Shown here: positions 1 to 8,686 of the stretch, in pieces | Position numbering within the stretch: position 1 is the first letter of the stretch | How the letters are laid out: every line of letters starts with the position of its first letter | DNA from: Promethearchaeati archaeon | GTDB lineage: Archaea; Asgardarchaeota; Heimdallarchaeia; Heimdallarchaeales; Heimdallarchaeaceae | Assembly: GCA_013166775.1 (NCBI GenBank) | Contig: JABLTJ010000012.1 | Coordinates: forward strand, 1 to 64,000 | Direction: 5' to 3' | DNA: 64,000 nt | Position numbers and translations under genes: made by a program | Notes under the pieces: model-generated | What the model saw: only the letters and a program-made list of their open reading frames with translations | What the model was told of the DNA's origin: nothing | Database searches by the model: none

Positions 1-43
1 GATAGCCGTTTGTGAAGCCTGGGCTGAGCTGGGCGAAATTCCT

Positions 44-217
44 TCAGAATAGATACTCCTTTTCTCTCTTTCTCAAATTAGATTTAATTTTTATTATCGT
101 ATTATCAGGAAGGTAATTGCCACATTCCTTACATTTAATCTGATATTTCTTTAGAGAGAATCCACATTTCAAGCACGAGATTCTTGTCCGAGATGTAATT
201 CTTCTGAAAATGTCCAT
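44..217 (-). CDS. Small double zinc-ribbon protein (57 aa), not in the ORF track
   Basis: Hand translation: MDIFRRITSRTRISCLKCGFSLKKYQIKCKECGNYLPDNTIIKIKSNLRKREKEYLF*; two CxxCG knuckles; ATG at 217, TGA at 46-44. Confidence 0.65.
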   Translation of the reverse strand: MDIFRRITSRTRISCLKCGFSLKKYQIKCKECGNYLPDNTIIKIKSNLRKREKEYLF

Positions 218-402
218 AATTTATGGTTGTATTTTCAAAATATTTATACTTTGGCATAATTAAACGAGAAATTTTCATCTATCCATGAGCCTATTAGAAT
301 GAAATTATGATGAATAAATAACAATCAAAATCTCGAAAATTAAGAATTACTTGTCTGATGGGATTAGATAAGTTTAAATTAATTTAATCTCGCTAAAAAA
401 CA

Positions 403-1431
403 ATGATTGACTTACGTTCTGATACATTTACACTTCCTTCCAAAGATATGATGGAAACAATAATGGCGGCTGAATTAGGTGATGATGTTTGGGAGGAAGA
501 CCCAACTGTCAAGAAATTGGAAGCATTAGCAGCTGATAAGTTAGGGAAAGAAGCTGGTTTGTTAGTTAGTAGTGGTACTCAAGGTAATCTTGTAGCTGAA
601 ATGACCCATCTTAATCGAGGCGATGGTGTAGTTTTAGAAGTTGAGAGTCACATCAATTTGTATGAAGTTGGCGGATTAGCTCAAATTTGTGGAGCCTATC
701 CCTTTCTTGTCAAAGGTCAAAATGGACTGATGGATCCAAAAGATGTTGAAGCTATTTTCACTCGAGCTTACAATGTTCATTATGTTGAACCTAAACTTCT
801 TTGCTTGGAGAATACACACAACCGAGGAGGGGGCAAAGTTATTCCACAAGAAAATATAGATTCTTTAGCTAAAATTGCTCACGATAATGGAGCTTCTGTT
901 CATATAGATGGAGCTAGAGTTTTCAATGCAGCAGTAGCTTCTGGAATTCCTGCTTCCCGAATCGTTAAGAATACTGATAGTGTTCAAATATGTTTAAGTA
1001 AAGGTTTAGGATGCCCCATTGGTTCTGTCATTGTAGGTTCAAAGGAGTTCATTCATAAAGCAAGAAAAAACCGTAAGGTTGTTGGTGGAGGAATGAGACA
1101 AGCAGGTATAATCGCTGCACCTGGAATTTATGCGTTAAATAATATGATAGACAGACTAGAAGAAGACCATAAACACGCTAAAATCATTGAGAAAGCGTTT
1201 TTAGAAATACCTGGTTTGAAAGTAAAGGATGTTGATTCAAATATTATTATTGCTGATCTCACTGGAACAAAGTGGACACCTGAAAGAGTTACTGAAGCTT
1301 TCAAGAAAAAAGGTATTTTGGTTTCTAAAATTCCAGGAATTCAGCCAATGGTACGTTTAGTGACTTACTTTGGTATTACTCGAGAGGATGTTGAGAAAGT
1401 TGCGGAAGTTATACCAGAAATTTTCAATTAA
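403..1431 (+). CDS. ltaE: Low-specificity L-threonine aldolase (PLP-dependent)
   Basis: MIDLRSDT start, SGTQGN, LENTHNRGGG, HIDGARVFNA, CLSKGLG (PLP lysine), GGGMRQAG. Confidence 0.93.
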   Translation: MIDLRSDTFTLPSKDMMETIMAAELGDDVWEEDPTVKKLEALAADKLGKEAGLLVSSGTQGNLVAEMTHLNRGDGVVLEVESHINLYEVGGLAQICGAYPFLVKGQNGLMDPKDVEAIFTRAYNVHYVEPKLLCLENTHNRGGGKVIPQENIDSLAKIAHDNGASVHIDGARVFNAAVASGIPASRIVKNTDSVQICLSKGLGCPIGSVIVGSKEFIHKARKNRKVVGGGMRQAGIIAAPGIYALNNMIDRLEEDHKHAKIIEKAFLEIPGLKVKDVDSNIIIADLTGTKWTPERVTEAFKKKGILVSKIPGIQPMVRLVTYFGITREDVEKVAEVIPEIFN

Positions 1432-1581
1432 AAACTTAATAGAATGAAGAATTATTCTTTTTCTTTTAATTTTCTTTCTAAAGATGTAGAAACTATCAAA
1501 TAGACAAAATTCTTTTTTGATATAAAATTGAGAAATATCATAGACTTTTTATATTTCCATTTTGGAGTTAACGTGATACAA

Positions 1582-2526
1582 GTGTCAATCGATGACTATC
1601 TAGATGGTTTACTTTCTGGAAGTTCTGAACCCTCCAGAAAAGCTATTATGAAACTGACGAGACTAATCGAGAATTTTGGTGCGATTATGGTTAAATCCAC
1701 CGAGAGGATGGAGGATTATATTAATACTTTAGATACAAGAATATCTACTATTGAACAATCCCTTGGGATTGCATCACAAAGATTAATGGTTGGAAGAGGA
1801 ACACTCGCAGCTGCACCAATGGCAGCTCGAACAGCAGCACCAGTAGCAACAGCACCAGTAGCAACAGCACCAGTAGCAACAGCACCAGTAGCAACAGCAC
1901 CAGTAGCAACAGCACCTTCTGGAGCACCAAACTTAAGTGCAGCACCTTCTGGAGCACCAAACTTAAGTGCAGCACCTTCTGGAGCACCAAACTTAAGTGC
2001 AGCACCTGGTAGTAATGTTGCTGCTCCTTCTTTAAGTGGAGGTGGAGATAATATTCCTGCACCAACAATGCCAAGCGGACCTGGTTCAGGAGGTATCAGC
2101 AGTGCTGATCTCATGAATGCAGCAGCTAATCTTCAAAAAGCACCAGAACAGCCAGCTCCTGGAGATCCTGGAGCATTAGGACCTGCACCAGTGTTTAGTC
2201 CATTTGGTGTAAGTGCAACAGATATACAAGACGTCAAATCTGGACTTACAAAAGTTGATCCTGATGAACACAGAAAAGAGAGAGCAGCAGCAACAGCAGG
2301 TGGTTCTATGCCAGCTTCACAGGTTCTAAATATGGAAGTTAAAGAAGCTCTTCAAAAGAGAAAATCTAAAAGTGAAGATGATGACGAAGACGACTTTGAA
2401 CCAGCACCTGTAGCACCAGCAGCACCTCAGAAATCAACTAAACAGATGAAGGAAGCATTACAAGGAGAATTGCGAGACGCCTTTAGCAGTCTTCTTGAAA
2501 GCGATACTCAGGATGAGGAAGAGTAA
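1582..2526 (+). CDS. Pro/Ala-rich protein with N-terminal coiled coil, two WH2-like motifs and a central/acidic C-terminus; candidate WASP/WAVE/WASH-like actin nucleation-promoting factor
   Basis: ORF track 1528..2526; more likely start GTG 1582 (or GTG 1573) after GGAG/GTGAT. Coiled coil AIMKLTRLIENF...INTLDTRISTIEQSL; SSADLMNAAANLQKA; SATDIQDVKSGLTKV; LNMEVKEALQKRKSK-SEDDDEDDFE. The CDS is solid; the functional call is inference. Confidence 0.6.
   Translation: MSIDDYLDGLLSGSSEPSRKAIMKLTRLIENFGAIMVKSTERMEDYINTLDTRISTIEQSLGIASQRLMVGRGTLAAAPMAARTAAPVATAPVATAPVATAPVATAPVATAPSGAPNLSAAPSGAPNLSAAPSGAPNLSAAPGSNVAAPSLSGGGDNIPAPTMPSGPGSGGISSADLMNAAANLQKAPEQPAPGDPGALGPAPVFSPFGVSATDIQDVKSGLTKVDPDEHRKERAAATAGGSMPASQVLNMEVKEALQKRKSKSEDDDEDDFEPAPVAPAAPQKSTKQMKEALQGELRDAFSSLLESDTQDEEE
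1837..1911 (+). repeat. Perfect in-frame tandem repeat, 5 x 15 bp GCACCAGTAGCAACA (APVAT)
   Basis: Read directly; five identical units. Confidence 0.95.
1912..2001 (+). repeat. Perfect in-frame tandem repeat, 3 x 30 bp GCACCTTCTGGAGCACCAAACTTAAGTGCA (APSGAPNLSA)
   Basis: Read directly; three identical units abutting the 15-bp array. Confidence 0.95.
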
Positions 2527-2627
2527 TTACATTCTTTTCTTTTCATTTTATATTCATTCTATATCATTACAGATAGTTTTTAATCCTAGTTGAAATGAGT
2601 AAGTAATAATTTAATTAAGAGATTTAT

Positions 2628-4757
2628 GTGAAAATTATGCAACAGCTAATAGATTTCAGTAAGCACGTTTTATCCAAAACTTCGAAAAAAAATTACAAAA
2701 TCCCAGAATTGAAATCCGATTTACTTGAAATTATAAATGAAATAGAGGAATATTCAGAAAAAAAAGATGATCCATACTATATCATCGATAATAAGATGAT
2801 CAAATCGTTATTTGATCTTTCATGGCTTAAAGAAATTGAGAACGATGATAAAAACCTTGAGTATTATTTAATTGGATTATTCTTATTTGATTGTATGAAT
2901 ATTGAGCTTTATAGATCTGTTATCCAAGAGCTGTTTTTTACCAAAAATAATAGAAATGAATTTTCTGTGCTTCTATATTGGGTTTTTGAGAATAAGATTC
3001 ATGATACTTCTTCTGGTGATGAGCTTAATTTCTCTTCATATCTCGATTTTAGCAGATTAATAGGTTTTAACCCAATACTTCCTAGTGATTTCACTGAACA
3101 AATGTCTAAAATTTTACCCAATTTTGAGGTGAAAGCTGAGGAAGTTGAAAAGGAAGAGCAGATAGAGAAGAGTGTAAAGAATCTTACAGAAAGAAAAGAG
3201 TATGTTGAGGAGATATCTAATTACTTTGACAATGCTTCTTTACCTTATCTTGACTATTTTATTGAATACAGTATATTGAATCAGCTATCATATAATATCA
3301 CAAAGAAACAGAGTAACAAGATTGAGCTTAAAACAAAAACTTCAATTGCTGAATTTCAAAAGAAAATTGAAAATATCTATCATGAGGAGGGATTTCCCGT
3401 AGTTCCAACAACAGTTGATCCCGTCCTTCAACCACACCTTACAAAAATTGACGCAAAATCAGTTCAAATGGACAAACTTGCTACTTTACCAAAAGAGCTG
3501 ATTAAAGAATTCGTTTCAAGCAAAGCTTATTCAAGTCCTTCCAATGCACACAAAATTAGAATCACATTTTTGGGTGGGGGAGGAATTGGAAATATGGGAA
3601 TTGTTGTTCAACATGATAATAATGCTATTCTCTTAGACTTCGGAATGAGTGTAGCAAATAACGCAATTCCAAGATGGCATCCTTCTTTACAGTTTGTAAA
3701 GGCAGTCTTAGTTTCTCACGCTCATTTAGATCATTCTGGTGGTCTTGCGTATTTGATTAATTCAAAGAATGATAAGAGATGGTACGGTAGCCCAACAACC
3801 AAAGTATTGGTAGAAAAGCTTCTCTACAATACTTCCAATATCATTAAAGAGAAAAAGAGACAACAAAATCAATTCACTCCTGCAATGCACTCTTATCTAC
3901 AGACATCAAATCTCATAAATCTATTCAATGCTTTTCTTCCATTAAAACCTAAAAAGACAATTGAAGTTGCTCCTGGTTTTGAAGTTACTCCTTATCCAGC
4001 TTCCCACCTCTTTGGTAGTTATGGATATGAGATAAATATTTTTGGAAAACGAATTTTCTTTACTGGAGATTTTTCTACTGATCCTAGCGAATTATTCTCA
4101 GGAGCAAAGTTCCCAAAGGATTGCGATTTAACTATTTTTGATGGAACCTATTACAACGGTCATATTCCAGAAGAAGATCCTAACACACAAATACTTCAAG
4201 CAGTTGAAAGAAACACTCGATTAATTGTCCCTGCATTTTCTGTTGGAAGAACTCAAGAGATGATTAAACGTCTTCATCGACTTGGTATCTCTAAAAAGAG
4301 ACAAATAATTACAACTGGTTTAGCTGCTGAAATAACTAAATTAATGGGTATAAAAGCTGAGTATGATATCAAAAAAAGTTTCCAGCCAACAGATTTTGAA
4401 GAGAATGATATTGTTATTGCTGGACATGGAATGTTGCAAGGAGGAACTGCGAGAACATTATTAGACTCAACAAAAGAGGATAATAAAACAGGAATTATCT
4501 TATGTGGTTATCAAGCTCCAAATACACTTGGATTTGCATTAAAAATATCTCATCCATTAGCTAAGCAACAGTTTCATCAAGATGTAACAAGTGCTCATAT
4601 TAGCGGACATACTACACCATCATCATTAAATGAGTTTATTGCTAATTTAGAGGGTAAAAAAGTGATGATTCATACTCCTAGGGGAGTAAATACATTAAAA
4701 GAACATAAGGAAGTCACAATTCCATCTTATTTAGAAGAAATAGTAATAAAAAACTAA
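2628..4757 (+). CDS. Metallo-beta-lactamase/beta-CASP nuclease (CPSF-like RNase) with about 300 aa unknown N-terminal domain
   Basis: ITFLGGGGIG, LLDFG, SHAHLDH, ASHLFGS, TGDF, DGTY, PAFSVGRTQE, GYQAPNTLG, SGH, MIH motifs. Confidence 0.85.
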   Translation: MKIMQQLIDFSKHVLSKTSKKNYKIPELKSDLLEIINEIEEYSEKKDDPYYIIDNKMIKSLFDLSWLKEIENDDKNLEYYLIGLFLFDCMNIELYRSVIQELFFTKNNRNEFSVLLYWVFENKIHDTSSGDELNFSSYLDFSRLIGFNPILPSDFTEQMSKILPNFEVKAEEVEKEEQIEKSVKNLTERKEYVEEISNYFDNASLPYLDYFIEYSILNQLSYNITKKQSNKIELKTKTSIAEFQKKIENIYHEEGFPVVPTTVDPVLQPHLTKIDAKSVQMDKLATLPKELIKEFVSSKAYSSPSNAHKIRITFLGGGGIGNMGIVVQHDNNAILLDFGMSVANNAIPRWHPSLQFVKAVLVSHAHLDHSGGLAYLINSKNDKRWYGSPTTKVLVEKLLYNTSNIIKEKKRQQNQFTPAMHSYLQTSNLINLFNAFLPLKPKKTIEVAPGFEVTPYPASHLFGSYGYEINIFGKRIFFTGDFSTDPSELFSGAKFPKDCDLTIFDGTYYNGHIPEEDPNTQILQAVERNTRLIVPAFSVGRTQEMIKRLHRLGISKKRQIITTGLAAEITKLMGIKAEYDIKKSFQPTDFEENDIVIAGHGMLQGGTARTLLDSTKEDNKTGIILCGYQAPNTLGFALKISHPLAKQQFHQDVTSAHISGHTTPSSLNEFIANLEGKKVMIHTPRGVNTLKEHKEVTIPSYLEEIVIKN

Positions 4758-4903
4758 AATCTATCTCTAAACTCAATTTTCATCTTTTTACCTCAATTGT
4801 AGCAAAATACATAGTTTTATAAGTTTCGCAACTTAATACTTTAGAGTTAAAGATATTCTAAATTATCTCTGATTTACTAATCAAAAATAAAACGGGATCT
4901 TCA

Positions 4904-6586
4904 ATGAGATTTTCTGAGCTTAAGGACCTTGATATTGCAGACATTGAGGATACAGACTTATTTAGAATTTATGTAAATTATTTACTTGCTATTAGTAGAA
5001 CAAAAGAACCAAAAGAAGCTCTCGAGCTTATAGAATTATCAATTAAAAGAAGTAAACAACTTAATGATAGTAGGTCTTTAGCTGTTATCTATTATATCAA
5101 ACATATTCTTATTTTTGGTTTTGAAGATACGATTGCTGAAGTTAATGATCTAAGTGGAAAAGTAAAGAAGATTTCTGAGGAAATTGGATTCAAAGAAGGG
5201 GTAGCCTTAGCTGCAATTATGAAGTGGGGAACATACAAACTTGAAGGGAATTATGAAGAAGCAAAACAAGCAAGAGAAAAAGCTATGCATATAATGGATT
5301 CCATTGGAAACCCAGAACCTGTTTACTATTATTGGGTAAAATACTCTTTCGCAATTGGTGAATGGACAGAAAATCAAAATCCTTTAGCTGCTGATATGAT
5401 TAAAAAGTGTAGAGATTTTTTTAGGCGAAAAAGTTTCTACATGTCCGAAATTAAAGCTTCATCTTTGCTTTCGAGAATATATTTCAGATTAGGATTAGAT
5501 GATGATCTTCAAAATCTTGTGCAAGAGTTAATGGTTAATGAGGAATTGTTTGATTATTATCCAAAAACAAGTCTTGCAAGATTCAATCTTCTACTTGGTC
5601 AAATTGCATTAGATTCTTCAGATAAAATAATGGGTGAAATGTATATCTTTACTTCTACACAATTATTCCAGAAATTTGGGTATGAAGGAGAGTATGTTTA
5701 TGATTACCTTTGTGGATTATCATATCTTACCAGAATCTATTCATCAACGGGAAAGTTTAGAGAAGTTTATAATATTTTAGAGGAACTTAAGAGAGTTCTT
5801 TCAAATCTCAAAATGACAATCCCTAAGAGATTTATTAATAAATTAATTGGATCATTTACGTTTTCATATTTCTATGTTTCTTCACATAAAGGACAGGAAA
5901 TAAATGCAAATGAAGAATCTGCTCAGTACCGAAAAAAATCAGCTAAGCAACTGATGTTACATCCAGAAATGTTGAAACAATTGATGGTTTACTCTGGTCT
6001 TACAAAAGATGAACTGAAACAAACAAAAGAGCTAGATGACAAAGATAGTTATCGTTTTTTCAAGAAAGTAATTAATTTCCTTTTGGAGCTGGAGAATCCA
6101 AAGATTAGAAATTTCAACACAAGAATAATGAATGCAATAAGAATTCTAGCAATTGAAGAAAAAAGTGAAGCTTTGGATAGTTTTGAAAAAACATTCAGTG
6201 AACTCATTATAGCTAGACTTTATCTCTCAATGGGGAAGAATGAAGAATTCAAAAAAATCATGAAAAATTATCTTGGAAAAGAATCGCAATATGAAAATAC
6301 AACTCTCAATGTTTGGATTAAACTGCTTAATGTTATTTTTAGTTATTTGCAGGATGATAACAGAGAAAAAGCTCTTACAAAAATAGAGGAAATAGGTTGG
6401 TTCTGTCTGGATAATAAACTTTCTCGCTTACATAAAGAATCCATATCCATCTATAACCTATTTCTTAAGGAGAATTATATGACTTACTCAAACCACATGT
6501 TTGAGAATCTTATGTTTCATGATATATTTATATCATCAGGTGATTTTCGATCGAATCTGCTTCAACAAATCAATGCTGAAGCATAA
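4904..6586 (+). CDS. Alpha-helical (TPR-like) hypothetical protein
   Basis: 560 aa ORF; TPR-like segments such as GNYEEAKQAREKAM and GKFREVYNILEEL. Confidence 0.6.
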   Translation: MRFSELKDLDIADIEDTDLFRIYVNYLLAISRTKEPKEALELIELSIKRSKQLNDSRSLAVIYYIKHILIFGFEDTIAEVNDLSGKVKKISEEIGFKEGVALAAIMKWGTYKLEGNYEEAKQAREKAMHIMDSIGNPEPVYYYWVKYSFAIGEWTENQNPLAADMIKKCRDFFRRKSFYMSEIKASSLLSRIYFRLGLDDDLQNLVQELMVNEELFDYYPKTSLARFNLLLGQIALDSSDKIMGEMYIFTSTQLFQKFGYEGEYVYDYLCGLSYLTRIYSSTGKFREVYNILEELKRVLSNLKMTIPKRFINKLIGSFTFSYFYVSSHKGQEINANEESAQYRKKSAKQLMLHPEMLKQLMVYSGLTKDELKQTKELDDKDSYRFFKKVINFLLELENPKIRNFNTRIMNAIRILAIEEKSEALDSFEKTFSELIIARLYLSMGKNEEFKKIMKNYLGKESQYENTTLNVWIKLLNVIFSYLQDDNREKALTKIEEIGWFCLDNKLSRLHKESISIYNLFLKENYMTYSNHMFENLMFHDIFISSGDFRSNLLQQINAEA

Positions 6587-6657
6587 ACAATAATTTGATT
6601 CACTTTTCTCCAAAGTTGTTCAGAGATGTTTATAAATAGAGAAAAGGTTAAAACACT

Positions 6658-8025
6658 ATGTCTGAATATAAAATTTCTATCGTTGGAACAGGTTTCGTTG
6701 GTTTAGTTACTGCTGTGTGTTTTGCTGATAGAGGAATTAAAACAATTTGCAGTACTAGAAACGAAAAAAATGCGGAAATGATAAACAAGGGGATTCCTCC
6801 ATTCTTTGAAAATGGTTTGGAAGAACTTCTGAAAAAAGTGGTTGATGAAGGCAATCTTGTTTGTACAACTAATAGAGAAGAAGCAATTCTAAAATCAGAT
6901 ATGACTCTAATTATCGTTGGTACTCCTTTCAATCATATTGATAAATCAATCAATCTTGATTACATGGAACAAGCAGCCATAGACATTGGGAAAGCTTTGG
7001 TGAAAAAAAACAGTTACCATTTGGTTGTTGTTCGTTCTACTGTAGTTCCAGGCACTAGCAGGAATATGGTTGGAAAACAATTGCAAAATCACTCTGGAAA
7101 AGAACTTGGAAAAGAAATAGGATTGATTATGCAACCTGAATTTTTAGCAGAAGGGAGATCTATTGAAGATACTTTCTGGCCTGATAGGGTTGTAATTGGA
7201 GAGTATGATAAGAAGAGTGGTGATTTGCTCCAAGAACTTTACGAAGAATTTTATGGTGATCATATCGGTGAAAAGTGTCCTATTATTAGAATGAACGTAG
7301 AAAGTGCTGAATTAGTAAAGTATGGTAACAATTGTTTCCTTGCTACAAAAATTTCTTTCATCAACGAACTCTCAAGGATTGCTGAACTTGTTCCTGGTGT
7401 TGATATTGGCAAAGTAGCTTATGGAGTAGGGTTGGATTATCGCATCAATCACCGTTTCCTAGGTTCTGGTGTTGGTTGGGGGGGAAGTTGCTTCCCAAAG
7501 GATTTGAATGCCATTGTAGCATTTGCTCGATCTCAAGGATTAGAAGCTCAATTAATTCAATCAGTTATAGATGTTAATGACAGACAAGCAAATCATGCAG
7601 TTACACTAGCAGAAGAGCTACTTGGAGATCTGAAAGGAAAAACAATCGCTCTTTTAGGTTTAGCTTTTAAACCGGGAACTGATGACATGCGATATGCTCC
7701 AAGTCGAAGAATCACAGCTGAAGCAGTTTCTAAGGGAGCTGTAGTTAAAGGATATGATCCAAAGGCAAAAGAATCTGCACAAGAAGCTTTTGAGCAAGAT
7801 AAAACTGTTATAACTATCACAGATTCAGTTGTTGATGCCATCAAAGATTCTGATTGTGCAATTATTTGTGCAGAATGGGATGAATTCAAGAATCTAGAAC
7901 CATCATTCTTTAAATCACATATGAGAACTCCTTGTGTAGTTGATGGTAGGAGAATTTATGATCCTATATTGTTCTCAAGTGAATTAAAATTCAGGATTAT
8001 TGGTTATAAGCTCAAAGAGGATTAA
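6658..8025 (+). CDS. UDP-glucose/GDP-mannose dehydrogenase family protein (paralog 1)
   Basis: GTGFVG Rossmann motif, RSTVVPGT, PEFLAEG, AELVKYGNN, GWGGSCFPKD, GLAFKPGTDDMR. Confidence 0.92.
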   Translation: MSEYKISIVGTGFVGLVTAVCFADRGIKTICSTRNEKNAEMINKGIPPFFENGLEELLKKVVDEGNLVCTTNREEAILKSDMTLIIVGTPFNHIDKSINLDYMEQAAIDIGKALVKKNSYHLVVVRSTVVPGTSRNMVGKQLQNHSGKELGKEIGLIMQPEFLAEGRSIEDTFWPDRVVIGEYDKKSGDLLQELYEEFYGDHIGEKCPIIRMNVESAELVKYGNNCFLATKISFINELSRIAELVPGVDIGKVAYGVGLDYRINHRFLGSGVGWGGSCFPKDLNAIVAFARSQGLEAQLIQSVIDVNDRQANHAVTLAEELLGDLKGKTIALLGLAFKPGTDDMRYAPSRRITAEAVSKGAVVKGYDPKAKESAQEAFEQDKTVITITDSVVDAIKDSDCAIICAEWDEFKNLEPSFFKSHMRTPCVVDGRRIYDPILFSSELKFRIIGYKLKED

Positions 8026-8045
8026 AAGAATAATATCTCATATTC

Positions 8046-8420
8046 TTATTCTTCATGACAAATTTTTATTGTCCAGTCTACCAAAGGTTCTAAAGCTTTT
8101 GAAAGATTTTCTCCTTTTTCTGAAAGTCTATATTCAACTTTAGGAGGAAGTTCTGGATACACTTCGCGAAGCAAAAAACCTTCCTTTGATAGTTCTAAAA
8201 GTCGAGTAGATAAAGTAGCATCGCTGATTTTATCTTCTTTCCAACCTAAATGGAGAGATGACTTTAGATCATTATATCTAAATCGTTTGCCTTCTCGAAG
8301 TAGATAAATTAATTGAATACTCCACTTCTTGCTTACAAGATTCAAAATTCTTTGAGCAGGCACAAAACATGGGAAGATTCTATTATCGTTATCACAACCA
8401 TTTTTCTCCATTTTTTTCAC
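8046..8420 (-). CDS. HxlR/DUF24-family winged-helix transcriptional regulator
   Basis: ILNLVSKKWSIQLI, RYNDL, ISDATLSTRLLEL, REVYPELPPKVEYRLSEKG; N-terminal Cys residues. Confidence 0.88.
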   Translation of the reverse strand: MKKMEKNGCDNDNRIFPCFVPAQRILNLVSKKWSIQLIYLLREGKRFRYNDLKSSLHLGWKEDKISDATLSTRLLELSKEGFLLREVYPELPPKVEYRLSEKGENLSKALEPLVDWTIKICHEE

Positions 8421-8449
8421 AATACTCTGTATTTCTTTAGTTAATTAAG

Positions 8450-8467
8450 AACACTTTAGAAAGTGTT
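8450..8467. promoter_or_regulatory. Perfect palindrome AACACTTT-AG-AAAGTGTT, candidate HxlR operator next to a TATA box
   Basis: 8-bp arms read directly, between the divergent HxlR and small-protein genes, followed by TATATATAAAT. Confidence 0.6.
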
Positions 8468-8524
8468 TATATATAAATACTTCTAAATCTAAAGTAATTA
8501 GCTTTACAAATTGAAGTGATTGAA

Positions 8525-8680
8525 ATGAAAACAAAGAAATGCAGAGAACACAAACATGAATGCGGTAAATTTACTGGTGGAGAAAGTAGAGAAGAAAAAT
8601 TAAAACATCTTAAGGAATGCAAACAAGGATTACGAAGTCAGATAGAAAAAATCGATAAAGCTATCAAAGATTTGGATTAG
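8525..8680 (+). CDS. Small Cys/His-containing coiled-coil protein (51 aa, DUF5320-like), not in the ORF track
   Basis: Hand translation MKTKKCREHKHECGKFTGGESREEKLKHLKECKQGLRSQIEKIDKAIKDLD*; upstream AAGTGAT SD-like motif. Confidence 0.7.
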   Translation: MKTKKCREHKHECGKFTGGESREEKLKHLKECKQGLRSQIEKIDKAIKDLD

Positions 8681-8686
8681 TATTAG

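Noticed and set aside
182-259. Plus-strand CPRC-containing reading frame
   Set aside because: Single CxxC, and it overlaps the better-supported minus-strand double zinc-ribbon ORF
1528-1572. TTG start at 1528 for the NPF-like ORF
   Set aside because: Region contains TATA-like elements and precedes the SD-like GGAG/GTGAT; GTG 1573 or 1582 is more plausible
1837-2001. Possible CRISPR array
   Set aside because: Units are contiguous with no spacers, are multiples of 3 and in frame within a CDS; no cas genes nearby
1716-2114. Antisense ORFs 1716..2114 and 1748..2074
   Set aside because: Shadows of the stop-free tandem repeats on the opposite strand
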